Shown here: positions 49,268 through 62,049 of the stretch, one piece after another | How positions within the stretch are numbered: the stretch's first letter is position 1 | How the letters are laid out: every line of letters starts with the position of its first letter | From: Lama guanicoe | Taxonomy: Eukaryota | Direction of reading: 5' to 3' | Assembly: GCA_013239625.1 (NCBI GenBank) | Contig: MU054212.1 | Location: 2,976,001 to 3,040,000, forward strand | DNA length: 64,000 nt | Made by a program: the position numbers and the translations under genes | Notes under the pieces: model-generated | Told to the model about the DNA's origin: nothing | The model's input: the letters and a program-made list of their open reading frames with translations, nothing else | The model's database searches: none

Positions 49268-49845
49268 AAGTTGAAGTTAGACTTATCATAGACGTCACCA
49301 TCTTGAAGTGCACAATTCAGTGGCTTTTAGTATATTCATGCGGTTGTGCAACCAAAACCTCTATCTTATTCCAGAATGTTTTCATCATCCTCAAAGAAGC
49401 CCCGTACCCACAAGCAGTCACTCTCCCTCACCCCATCTCCCAGCCCCCAGCAACCACTAATTGACTTTCTGTCTCCATGGATGACTTGACTAATCTGAAC
49501 ATTTCATCTAAATAAAATCACATACTATCTGGCCTTTTGTATCTGTCTTCTTTCACTCAGCACAGTGTTTTCCAGGTCCATTCACCTTTTGGGATGTATT
49601 GGTACTTCATTCTTTTTGATGGATGAAAAACATTCCATTGGTTGGAAGTACCACATTTTGCAGCCATTTAGCATTTGATGAAGGTTTGGGGCTATTAGAG
49701 TAATGCTGCTGTGAACATACACTTGCACATCCTTGTGTACAGAGATGTTTTCGTTTCTCTGGTTACAGCCCTAGGATTGGGATTACTGAGTCATAGGGTA
49801 ATTATGTTTAGCTTTTTGAGACAATGCCAAATTATTTTGCACGTC
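49268..49845 (-). mobile_element. L1MB-type LINE 3' end
   Basis: aagtgcacaattcagtggcttttagtatattc...caaccactaattgactttctgtctccatggat...taatgctgctgtgaacat. Confidence 0.88.
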
Positions 49846-50164
49846 GTTCATCTCTTTTTAACCACAGGTGCACGAGGGAAAATACAAATTGCTGCCATCG
49901 TTGGATGTAGAGGATGATGCTGTCATGTTTTTCTTTATGTCTCTCTCTTATAGCACATTTCCTTTCCTCTTGTGCTCTACTCATGGGTGAGCTGGAAGGA
50001 ATTTCAGCTTTGAAATTAGAAAGGCCAAGGATGGTGCCTTCATTTGTTCTGGGTCTTTAGTTTTCTCATCTGTAAAATGGGCCCAGGATTGCTGTGCACC
50101 ATGAATGCGATAATAGCTCTTGGCAAAATCCAGGCACTAAGCGGCCACTGACTCAGCTCTGATG

Positions 50165-50352
50165 CCCCTTGACCTTGTCCAGGAGAAGGATCGTCTTTCT
50201 GCTCTCTGTGTGCCTACACCTGGCAACGAACAGTTGTTCAATGTTTGGTTGTTAAATGAATGAAGGAGGGAAAGAGGAAATACCTCCATGTGCAGGATGA
50301 TGCCTGCATGTAGTAGGTGTTTAATAGATGTCAGATGCTGGATGAATGAATA
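50165..50352 (+). mobile_element. L2 3' end fragments
   Basis: cctggcaacgaacagttgttcaatgtttggttgttaaatgaatgaa and a second ...gtaggtgtttaatagatg...gaatgaat tail. Confidence 0.55.
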
Positions 50353-53300
50353 GAAAAGAAAAAGAGAGAGCATTATGGCAGGAAAATTGTTATTCTTAAG
50401 AGAAGCTCCCGACAGAAATACTTTTCCTGGTATTTGGGAGACTCCATCTAAGATCACTCACAGGCAACATATGTGCAGCTGTCTCTTCCTTTTTAAAACG
50501 AATCGTCCTGTGCTCAGGCCGCTGTCTGTCTCTATATGGAAGAACAGCTTTCTTATTTTTAGAGTAAGGATCACGTGACCTTTTCTTGTCTGTCATCACT
50601 GGGATCCCAGTAGTGGGAGAGCCAGAGAAAGCCTGTCTGTCTTGCTTGAATGCTCCCGTTTGCTGCTTCTATGTGCTGGCATCCCAGGCTGTGCCGGGAT
50701 GCAGTTCCGGGCATGCCAGGGACAGCCTGGCACGCGAGGAGATAAGACAGTTTAGCTGAAAACAAATTGAATGATTCCAGCCTCGAGTCCCAATCAAAGA
50801 GATTTACTGTGTTTTTAAAAAGACACTAATGTTGACTTGACTGGTGGAAAGATGCATGAGGACTGCGCTGAGCGGGGAGCCTCGTGTAGACCATTAAATA
50901 AACGGGGCTACGGTATCTTAGTCATGATCGCCCAGGAATATAAATCAACCTTGTACTCTGAAATTAAGACATGCTTTCCAGATAGCTGGGCACTTTTTAA
51001 GAATGGGGCAAGTTTTTGTTCAAAGATTTTAAAATGCGCAGAAGATAAATGGGTAAGGATCTGGGAAAATTTCTGTTCACGAACAGGAATGAGTTGCTTT
51101 TTTCCGGCTATGTCTACAGAAGGTCAGGCAAGGTGCAATTGTTTAGATGACCCAAGTGCTGGGGAGAGGAGGGAGGAGTGGCGGGCTGTCTATTCTTACA
51201 GATGGCCCGTCCTCCTTGATCAGTTTCAGATGCCTGCCTCCTCCCATCTTCTTCCCTGGGAAGGCAGGACCTGCTTATAAATTCGCCACCAAATCCGTGG
51301 CGTGGGCTGAGTGTGTGCGCTCCCCGTGGCACAGAGCCGGAAGGCAGGGCAGATGGTGAGATTAAGGTGCCTTTCTGAGGAGCTTTGCGGGTTGTGCTGG
51401 ACGGTCTGTATGTTGTAGCACCTCAGTGCGGACCCTGCTGTACAAGAGAGAGAACTCAGGGCTGAGGGTGCACCGAGTTGCTCTCCGCTGGAGAGGGCCA
51501 CTGAGCTTTGGCTAGACACTCTTCTGAGTCTGTGGAGTTGGTGCAGAGCGCCTGCCTGGCAGGAAGAGAGGGCGACTAGATTACAGGCCACAGGGTCTTT
51601 TCCCTGGGACCCCATTCCTTGCCCAAAATAAGTGTATCTCTGATCAGTGTTTTCCACATTGGGCTTTAAGCAGACTGAGGTCTCCTCTGAGGTCTCTCTG
51701 GTTGGTTGCATCCTGGGGCAAGGGAGAGGACAGGTGGATGGAGGTCTGGGCCCCAAACCCTCCATCAGAACCATTTTGCTTTTCCTGTTCTGTACCTGGG
51801 CACTCACTCAAACATGTTATTTGCAAATGAGGTGTGCTACCCAAACACGTTTGGAAAACCACGAGATCGGTGTGTGTCTTGAGTTCCCGTCTTACTTTAG
51901 AATTTGGAGGCCTGAGTCTCCAGCCATTCTGGGGCACCTGGTTTCCTTTTATTGTGCTGATGAGATTTTGAGATGAGTCTTAGCTCAGTGTTATAATGCT
52001 GGCCCATTTCTATAACTCAGAACTTGCTGTGGATTCACATGGTCTAAACTCCTGGGACCAGGGCTGAGAAACTAACCAGCTCTGAGGACAAATCCCACAC
52101 ATGCATGACCTCACTTAGGAATGGGTCCTCAGTGAGCTTCTGTGTTCGCATCTGGCTCTTAAGTTGCATAAACTCAGGAACTTGTCATTCTCTGAGGGTT
52201 TCCTGAAACACCTCTGCCTGTCTCACAAAATGGCCTCGAGGGTGGTGAGAGAGGCTTTTCTTTGCTTAAAAAGTATTGCCTGATGGCCCAAAGGCTTGTG
52301 CAGGAGCAGGGCTTGGTAGGCAAATCAACACCGCGTACCGGGGCTGCCTGGTGTATATGCTAATGAAGCGACCATCTGCATCAAATAATTATAAGCCGTC
52401 TCCCCTGACTGCTCTCCATGTGCTGGCCCAGAGTGAGGGGAGGCGCCCCTTTCCGGCCACTGCAGCCCGCGGAGGAGAGGCTGGGGCAGAATCCTGCCTC
52501 TTCCTCCACTTCAAGGCACGCAACCTGCTGAGTGGACAGGTGCTGGCAGCGTGATGTCCGTGGGCACTGAAGCTGGCCTGTCCTCGGAGCTGACATCTAT
52601 ATCTCCATCTCGCTGGATTTGAAAGCTGACACAACATAAGGAATGTCACTCTCTATTACTCGATACTCTCATGCGTCTCTATTGCACAGGAAGCCCTGTG
52701 AGCAAGTGTCCTGGTTGCAGCTGCCCTCTCCCTTCAGCTGGGTGGGCTCACCGCCCGCCGTGGGGCGGAGGTGTGAGTTACTAACCATTTTTTGTTTCCT
52801 GGTGCTGGTGCTGTCCAACATTTGCTGGAAGGTTGAATTGAAGGCCAATGGGTTTTTTTTTGTGTGCATTTGAGAATTCTGGCCTTTGTTAGCTAAATAT
52901 GGTTGGCATTCAGACCTATTTGCATGCTTTTGTGCCTGACTAACATTTGAAATGGTTGCTGCCACTTGGGAACCCAGACTCCAGCGCAGGGCGAGGATGA
53001 CTCGGGTCCACCTGCGCTGTGATTCTCATCTCGGTGTCTGACATTGGCTCCCTGCCAGTTCTCTCTCCTCTGACACTTTCTCTTGTCCTGAGAAAACCTC
53101 TGGCTGAGCAGCTTCAGGACTGGCTGAGCAGACTCCACCAGGTGAGAGTTTGCGGTGCAGTTTTGTGTAAGTGGGAGCCGAGAACCCGCTATTTGCTGAG
53201 AGAAGCTAAATAAGCTTCTGAGAATTTTGAAAATGTGTTATGTAATGGAGAAAAGGTGACAGATGCATTTCCATTTGTGTTTTAAGGCAGAATTTTAAAA

Positions 53301-54237
53301 GGTCACTCAGGGGAAGGAGAACAGCTTCAGTTTCATCTCTTTTAAATAAAGACACATGCAAGTGTATTTAATGTTCCTTTCAAGACATTAGACAATACAC
53401 ACCTTTTTCCTATCTATCTGTCATTCTAAAAACCCAGCGCAAATTTAATTTGTCTTTCTGGGTCAATACATTGTAGGATTTTCCTGGGAAAAGTGGCAGG
53501 CCTCAAGTAGGACAGATGTAGACAAGAAAAATCTATTAGTAAAGAGAGTTAAATTCTTAATGGGAAATCTCATGTTTGGCCTTTAACTCACTCTAGAGAA
53601 CACACTGGCTTTCAGTATAAGCCTTTTGTTGGCTTCCCATTAAAACAATTCTTTTACATCATTATATTATTTGGTCCCGCCAATAAAATTGAGAGAAGAC
53701 GATTTTTAAATTTTTAGATCAGGAAACGGAGCTCTGAGAGATTCAAGAAGGCAGACTAAGCACACAGTGTTCTGTAGCAGACCCTGAGGAATGACAGAAA
53801 GGACCCCCTCTCCCCTGCCACACACATTCAAAGACAAGAGTAGGAATCTTCCCGGTGACTCTAAACTCTGAGGAATCCTGGAAAGATGGAAAGTAGATAG
53901 ATTCAGATTGAAGAAAGGAAACCACGGTCTGGAATGCTCAGAAAGAGTACTTTTGCAAAGGGCTGGAGGTGGAGGCTGCTTGAAGCAGGAGGGACTTGGA
54001 GACACACCATGTACCCACCTGGTGGTAGGTGATGGCTCCTGGAGTGAAACCCAGGCCTTTTTTCTCTAATGCCCATTCTCCGGTCACAACATCTTGAATA
54101 GACACAGGAGACCCTGGGCTTGGCTGGGTCTGCACAGCAAGCGAGTAGAGATTTGGCAGTGCCTTGTTAATTTGAGCACCGTGCATCAGTAAAGTGTATA
54201 ATTCAGGATGAATCATGGTTTTTTTCTGTACAATCTA

Positions 54238-55985
54238 AACTTTTTTTTTTTACTTTAAAAATTTCTATTGTGTCATAATAAAATTGACCAAATTTAAGTG
54301 TACGATTCGGTAAGTTCTGACAAATGTGGGCAGGGTGAACCACCACTGTGATCATGATATAGAGATAACTCCTCAGAAAGGTAAACAGAGAGCTATCATA
54401 CAACCCAGCAATTCTGCCCTAGGGATACACCCAAGAGAAATAAAAACCTGTGTTCCAACAAAAACTTCAATACAGATGTCTATAGCAGCGTCACCCCCAA
54501 AGTTTCCCTTTTAATCACCCCCAAAAGTTCCTCTGTGCCCCTTGGTAAGCATGCTCTTTTTCCTACCTCTTAAATGACAACCATTGATTTTTTTTTGTCA
54601 CTATAGTTTTGCCTTTTCTAGGCTTCATATAAACAGAATCACACAGTATGCTGTCTTTTGTGATTGATTTCTTCTGTTTATCATACATTTTTGAATGTTA
54701 CCCATAATGGCTTATGTACCATTTGTTTGTTCCTTTTTACTGTTAGGTAGCATGTCATGAAATGGATACAATGCAATTTGTTTATGCACTCAACAGCTGA
54801 TGTACGGTTTCTAGTTTTTGGTTATTATGAATAAAACTGCTATGAACATTAAGTATGAGACTTTTTGTAAATGTGTATTTTCATTTCTTTTCAATAAATA
54901 CCTGAGTCATATGGTATGACATTTTTAACTTTATAAAAAAAATCTGCTAAACTGTTTTCCAATGGAGTGCTACCATTTTGCATTCCCACTGGCAATGAGT
55001 GAGGGTTCTACTTCTGTATCCTTGTCAGCATCCTAGCCAGCAGAGTTTGACATTTTTAGCCATTCTTTGGTCATGTAGTGGTATCTCATTGTGGATTGAA
55101 TGTGCATTTCCTTACAGACTCATGACATTAAGCTCTTTCCCTGTGTTTATGTGCCATTTGTATGTCATCTTTTAGTGAAGTGTCTGACCTAATTTTTTGT
55201 CCTGTTTTTTTAGCTTGTTTGTTTTTCTTGTTAGTATTGAGTTTCAAAGATCAAGGCATTTTTCCAATATAGATTTTGCAAATATCTTCTCCCAGTCTGT
55301 GAGAGAAAGAAGTCCACCTTGTTCCTGATTTTAGGGTGAAAGCATGTAGTCTTTTGCCATCAAGTGTAATGTTTGCTGTCGGGTTTCTGTAGCTGCTGTT
55401 TATTCGGGTGAGGAATTTTCTTTCTATACCGAGTTTGCTGAGAGCTTCTGTCATGAATGGATGTTGAATGATGTTAGATGCTCTTTCTGAGATGAACTTA
55501 TGGTTTCTCTTTTTGAGTTGGTTAAGACGGTGAATTACATCGATTAGTCTTAAATATTAAACCAATCTTACATTCCTGGGATGAGTCCCACTCGGTCATA
55601 AGGTATTATCCTTTTACGTGTTGCTGGATTTGATTTTCTAAAACTCTGTTAAAGATTTTAACGCTTATGCTCATGAGGGAAGTTGGCCTGTAATTATATT
55701 TCCTTGTAATATCTAGTCTGATTTTGGTACCAAGGTAATATCGGTCTCATAAAGGGAGATAGGACGCATTTCCTTCTTTTTTATTTTTATGAAAAAAATC
55801 AGCACAGAATTTGTATTATTTATTCCTTATATGTTTGGGAGAATTCATTAGTGAATTTCTTGTGTCAAATTTTCTGGAATTTTCTTCCTGTGACGGTTTT
55901 AAGCTATGGATTAAATTTCTTGGTTGTAAATAAGGTTCTTCAGGTTTTTTATTTCTTGAATGAGCTTTGGTTGTTTGTGTCTTGG
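54238..55985 (-). mobile_element. Rearranged old L1 (3'UTR plus ORF2 RT remnant)
   Basis: ORF 55251-55454 LSKLGIERKFLTRINSSYRNPTANITLDGKRLHAFTLKSGTR matches the L1 ORF2 RT region; typical antisense L1 3'UTR 54238-55300. Confidence 0.9.
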
Positions 55986-58304
55986 ACTGTATACTAAGAC
56001 TTGTGTCTTTCAAGTAGCATATTATATATACATAAAATTAGACTGTGTCTCTATATATATATACACACATATTAGACAGAAAAATTCAGGAAATTAAGTT
56101 CTCAAAAATGTACACCAGAGAACCCCAGGGGCAAAGGGAAATTAACACATCCCCTTGAGCAGGATAAATTGAAGCCATCGGCTATGAACGTTTTGTTGAA
56201 ACCTGCTATTTTATATTAAAAATCCATGAATTTAGTTGTGTATGTTTCATATCGTGAAATAATGTGTTCTTCCTATTCAGCGTCTGGATGCACCCCCCAT
56301 CTCACGCTTCTGTGTCAGCACACAACGCATTTCCAGAGCTGGCGTAGACAGAGCCGCATCTGTCCGCCTCTGTCAGCCCCGTGTGAGACGAGGCAAGGGG
56401 ACTACTCTCTCCCACTTCTTCCATCCTCGGCGCCACAGCAGAACAAGCACAGACAACTTTATCCCTCATTTGCCAAAAGGTGCCGCTACCTGCCGTGCTG
56501 GCTTCACGAAGAGAACAAACACTGCGCGGGGACCACGCACGCAGGCGCTCCTGCGCGCCTTCCAGAGGCTGGCGCAGCGCTGGGGACGGACGCGCACGGC
56601 GCCTTTAGTGACTTACGACATCAGGCTGCCCAGGAGTTCTGCATTTCCTGGAAACCATTACGGATGAATTGATTTCAGTGCACTACGTTTTCTCGTTGGG
56701 TCTTGGTACAGCCTCGGCCTCTCTCCTCGAGCCAGACGGGTTGGCAGGAGGGGAAGGAGGGGGAGGAGGCGATGGGGCGGGTAGTCAAGTCTACATTCTG
56801 TGTGTGGCTGAGGCCGAGGAACAAGTCAAACTCTTATTTCTGCTAGCCATCCAGACGTCTGCGTGCGGTACAGAAGGGCTGGAGCCATTGCTCTCAATTT
56901 ACTAATGGGAAACAGAGACCCAGCGGGGTCAAGTGATGAGTCCATGGTTACTCGGGGAGCGCTGAGAGATGGAGCAGAGGACGGTCACCCTAATCCCACT
57001 GCTCTTACCATTGTGCTTCCTGTGTGGTCCAACGACTGAACTTAATGACATCTGCTCTTGAAAAAAAAAACAAAAGGCAGATTTGTCCTTCTAAAGTGAT
57101 TGCATTTCATGAAGTGGATAAATCAATTGACGACATTCGGTCAAATAAAAACAAAAAGACAAAGAACGGGAAGCCACAAAGTTAGTCCTCATAGCAGAAC
57201 ACAACCGTCTCTCGCAATGGCTTCCTCATTCTTCCTCTACTCAGATTTTCTCTTTGTGGGGAGAATCTCAAAGCGCATTCATCCCAGGGTAGTAAATGAT
57301 GCCTTTGCAAGAGTTGTTACCAGAATTCTGTAGGGAAAGAGTTAACTTTTATTTTTCTAGCATGTTAGAGGTGTCACTTTGAAAATTAGATATACACTCT
57401 TCAGTGCTAAATAAACTTCTGGGGTCATGTAGACGACAGGCCATTTCAGGCGCAGAACTGCTCTACTAGCGGGGTCTTGGGGACCCAAGAAGCACACTGC
57501 ATAGTGGTTTATGATTTTTCCAAGTCTTTTGTCATTTAGTGAAAGGCAGGAATAGCAGCTAAACCGTGAAAGAGACGCTTTGATTCAAGACTCCTCATGG
57601 GGCTGGTCTTTTCTATGTTATTTTGTTTCAGACCCCATTTGCAATTAATCAAGGTGTGCCCCCTCTGAATCCTTCAAGGGTTGAAATGCATCGTCTAGCA
57701 ACTAGTTGCAAATGGGAGATTGATTTGCTTCCTCTTAAGACTGTGCATCTTTCTGCTTTGTAAACCTACTATGGGACAAACACTTCTCATTGCCCAGCCA
57801 ATCCAAAACTATTCAATAGAGCCCATTGTTTAAATAAAGGTTATTATTGTAACCTATAAAAATGTAGAGTTTGACTAGGATTAAGGGAGTAGTTTGAGAT
57901 GAGTCCTTTTGGCGAGGCTGTATTTCTGTTGTTTCTACAATTCACTCCCATGATGATATTCACGGAAACATAGGGGGTTTATATTTCACAGCCGCGCTGT
58001 GCAGCACAGTACTTGTTAACGCTCTGTGGCCATTTATCCCTTGCAATGTGGCTCATCCAGACAGAGAGAAAGCTCTGCTGAGCCCTTCTTCTGGAGTGGT
58101 TGCTTCCTTGTCATCATCAGAAAAAGCAGGGATGGAAGAGGAGGGGTCAGCTGTGCCAGAGACAAAGCACTTTTTGTGATAGGTGGATGCGATAGGAGTC
58201 TGAGGTCCATAAGTATATAGACCCTGAATCCTTTGAGTTTGGTCCTAAGGATGTTAATGCACTTGGCAAACAGCTCTCCTTTTATGATTCTTTGGGTTGT
58301 CTCT

Positions 58305-58620
58305 GGGTCTTTATCCAGAAATAGAATGTGAACCACATATATCATTAAAATTTTTTGTGGCCACGTTAAAAGGGAAAAAGAAAGAGGTCCATTCTAGTGA
58401 CTTATTTTATTTATCAAGTCTCAACATATGAAATACTATCTTTAAAAAATGTAATAAATATAAAAATTATTAATGAGATATTTTACATTTTGTGGGGAGG
58501 GGGCACCAGGTGTCCAAAATCTGGTATATCTTTTAAACTCACAGCACACCTCAAATTGCACAAGCCACTTCTCAAGTGCTCATTAGCCACAGGTGGCTAC
58601 AGTATAGGTTGGCATGGACA
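58305..58620. mobile_element. MER33-like hAT-Charlie element
   Basis: aatgtgaaccacatat...ttattaatgagatattttacatt...ctcacagcacacctcaaattg...caagtgctcattagccacaggtggcta. Confidence 0.8.
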
Positions 58621-58814
58621 TTTTGGCTTTAATCCTCCAAAAGGCAAGGGGAGGGTGCAAACTGGCGTCTAGAATAAAGACAGACTCTCATAGCTATGTT
58701 CAAGGTTATTACAGGTCACATGAAAATGTAAGGTGGGCTTCTAAGAACTTTGTAAGCTTGGACGGATGTGTCTCTCTAGAGATCTAACTGGTGTTAAAAG
58801 GGAGAAGACCTCAC

Positions 58815-58980
58815 ATTACTGATCACCTAAAATGTACCAGGAGCTCTGCCAGTTGCTCAGCATGTATCATTCATTAAATCCTCACAATAATGCAATGAAG
58901 GTGACTATCGAAAGTTAATGAAACTGAGACGCAGGGGGATTAGGAAGCCTTGTTCAAAGTAAACACACTGATAAATCAAC
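58815..58980 (-). mobile_element. MIR SINE
   Basis: ttactgatcacctaaaatgtaccagg...aaatcctcacaataa...gaaactgagac. Confidence 0.75.
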
Positions 58981-59389
58981 AGTGGGGGTGGATTCTCCCT
59001 GAGCCCACGCTGTCTAACTAGCTGACATAACTTTACTCACCCTGAGATCTCTGATCACCGGGTACCCAAGCAGACTTACCCTCAGATTGGTCCAAAATAC
59101 TTGACCGCAAAGCCCTTTAATACAAATCAAGAAACCATGCACGGCACACAGTTTCCAACTGCAGTTCTTATTTCTAGTTTTATGGTCTTTGTTACACATT
59201 CAGGGAAAGATATGAAGGAAAACAGAGAGACTCATCTTGTAAATAAATAGATAAATAGACCTTATTTTTGTGGATGGGAAATACTGTTGACACAATGGTT
59301 TATAGCCAGTTACTGTCCTTGGACAAGACGGTCATTTTCTTCTAGTGTCTCTGTCTTTTATTTGTTGATCTTCACACTGAGCAATTTTA

Positions 59390-59568
59390 TTGTTTCTTTA
59401 ATTTTTATTTTTTAAAGGTCTACATTTTTTTTTCACGTTTCAAAACTTTTTTTGTGGTGGGAAGGTAATTAGGTTTACTTACTTATTTTTAGAGGAGGTA
59501 CTGGGGATTGAACCCAGGACCCTGTCTATGCTAAGCACTCCCTCTACCACTTGAGCTATACCCTCCCC
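59390..59568 (-). mobile_element. Vic-1-type SINE with extended 3' tail
   Basis: ggaggtactggggattgaacccaggacc...tgagctataccctcccc; 20-nt TSD cttcacactgagcaatttta (59370) / cttctcaatgagcaatttta (59569). Confidence 0.92.
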
Positions 59569-61896
59569 CTTCTCAATGAGCAATTTTAGAGTTTCTTGTA
59601 TGTTTATTGGCTTCTGATCTCCTTCCAACTATTAAAATAACTTAAGAATCTAGGAAACACAGTTCTGAAATTTGATCCTGGTTCGTTTGCTAGGACTCTG
59701 AAGCTGGCTTTCTTTTCCAAATGGCTTGGTTTCTTGCACACTAATTAGCATCATTTTCCTACCTGGGAGTAGCCAGGTAGGATGGGTCCAGGCAAACTAG
59801 CATGGCAGTGGCTCTGTAGAAGAATACATGATGACTGAGGACCTCTGGTCTTTGAAGGCTTAGGGAAAGAGCAGAGCCTTCTGAGAGAAAACTACAAATA
59901 GAAGATATTCAAAATAACATGCAAATGAGTGCCAGGTCATTTTGCTACGGAAGGTCAGGTACTGTAAGTGGTGAGAAGACATGCCCTAATTAGTTCAAGA
60001 TCTTCAAAGGACAGCACACTCTACAGAGCCACAACCTAACCCTGCAGGCTCTTTTACTAATTCAGAGAGCAACTTTACCCAAAGTGCCTTCCCCAGTTAC
60101 TTTCCTAAAAATTCAAAGAATGCGAAGATGAAAAGCCCTGGTTGCATTTGGAAATTAAATGTAAACGGATCCAAACAATTTTTTTCCGGTTATAGAAAGC
60201 CTCTCTCTGAATCATATTGATCAGGCTGGACTCCTCACTTCCAGAAAGATGAATAAACCTATTCTAGAGACTTTCCATATGTGAAAGACTAACGTAATAC
60301 AAAATATAGTGTCTTGTCTCAAGATAGCTAGCACATTCAACTCTGAGATGGGGGGTCTAAAAGAATATTGCAATGCCTACTTTTTTTTTTTAATGTTTTA
60401 GAAATTGAAAGGAAATAGTCAAAAGATGGCTAAAGACTAGTTAATCTAATCAGGATTGAGATCTGGTTAGATAATCCATTCATAATCTAACCAGCAGGAC
60501 ATGATTATTTGTTCTAGATGTGGTTGTCATGTTCGTATTCTAAGTCCTGCTGCTCTTATAAATATAGTCGTTCATAAGGAAAAAAACCCAGACAGAATGA
60601 TCCTCAATTCAAACCAAATTGCCATGCTGTTTTGGTGTGTAAATAGAATTACGTTCTTTACAGCAGTGATTTTTAGTCACGTGAGCTGGGTTGGATTGAT
60701 TGTCAAATTTGGGGAAGGGAAAGAATTTCCCTCTGGGGTATACTGGCAATTATTTTTCAGTTGTTTTTGCCCTGCCCTGGAGCATGAAGCCAGTATCATT
60801 TTTAGGATCAGGTGAGTTTACCCAACATGATCAATTTCCTGTGATTGTATGCTGCTGTCACTGCGGGGAGGGAAAGCGGCTCTCCTTGAGCACGTGGGCG
60901 CTAAGAGCTGTCATTTGGAAATTGATCAGGACACAAAACTCTGAGCCTCTAATGACAACCACGGAGAGATCATGAGACTAATGAAGTCGCGGAGAGAGTT
61001 GGGGTAGTACAAAGTGGGTTACCCTTCGCCCGCTCCCTCTAATGAGCCCCAGCACTGGGTGACTGGTGTCAAGCATAATGCATCACGCCTCCAGAGTGTT
61101 CTGTCGGGGCCTGAAGAGTAACATGACAGGACAGACACAGTGGAAGATAATGAGTCAAGTTCTCTCTGGCGCAGAACGTCGCCTGACAGAGAAGGGAGGC
61201 TGCGCGTGTGCCATTTGGAGGCACTGTGGATGTGCTCCATGGACACGTCGGGACAGGGGCCTTACTTGATCGTGTCTTGGGTTTGTTGGGAACTGGGCCA
61301 GATCCCGTGTGGGAAATTGTCTCCTCACTAATTCCAAGTGCTCTTTCTCTGTTCCCTTGACTTTTGTTCTTGGGTTCTATTTCTGTCCTCGAGAGGTGTC
61401 TGCTTACTGGTGCCTTCCTTTCTTCTTCCCAGTTTAATTTGAGCCAACAAACACATGTAGAATTTACCAGTCTTACCATTGTCCATGATCCTACTCTCAC
61501 ACCTGCCCAGTCCATTTTCCACAGATAGCAGGAGCGACCTGTAAAAGCTTCAGAGCATGTTGATCACCTACTTAAATTCCCCTAAAAATCTTCCAAAGTT
61601 CCTCCACTCTGAAAGGTCTTACACAATGCCATGTCCCCTTGGCCTCCCAACCTCGGGGCATCCCACTCCCCGTCACTCAGTACACTCCATCTAATGGACG
61701 GTACCTTAAGGGGATATTGAGAGGAAAGTTCTGGAAGTGCAGTGAAAGGCACAGTAAAGTTCCTCAGCCTTGGGCACACTCGAGTTTGTAGAACTAATGT
61801 TTTCTCAGACGCACAGAAGTCTTAGGGCTCTCTGAGACCATACGGTGGTCAAAGGTTTTCTCCAGTATTGAAGACCAGTCATAAACCTAAGTTCCT

Positions 61897-62049
61897 AACT
61901 TATGGTGAAAAAGAATACGAAACTGAATATATGTATGTGCATGTATGACTGAAGCACTATGCTGTACACCAGAAATTGACACAACATTGTAAACTGACTA
62001 TACTTCAGTAAAAAATACATATATATATAAAACAAGCAAACAAAAACAG
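61897..62049 (+). mobile_element. Young camelid-type L1 3' end
   Basis: tatggtgaaaaagaatac...gctgtacaccagaaattgacacaacattgtaaactgactatac; TSD core taagttcct (61888 / 62050). Confidence 0.88.

Noticed and set aside
51226..51807. 193-aa minus-strand ORF
   Set aside because: No recognisable domain or supporting splice signals.
60463..60494. 10-bp perfect hairpin ctggttagat / atctaaccag
   Set aside because: About one such stem is expected by chance in 64 kb; too short for a pre-miRNA.
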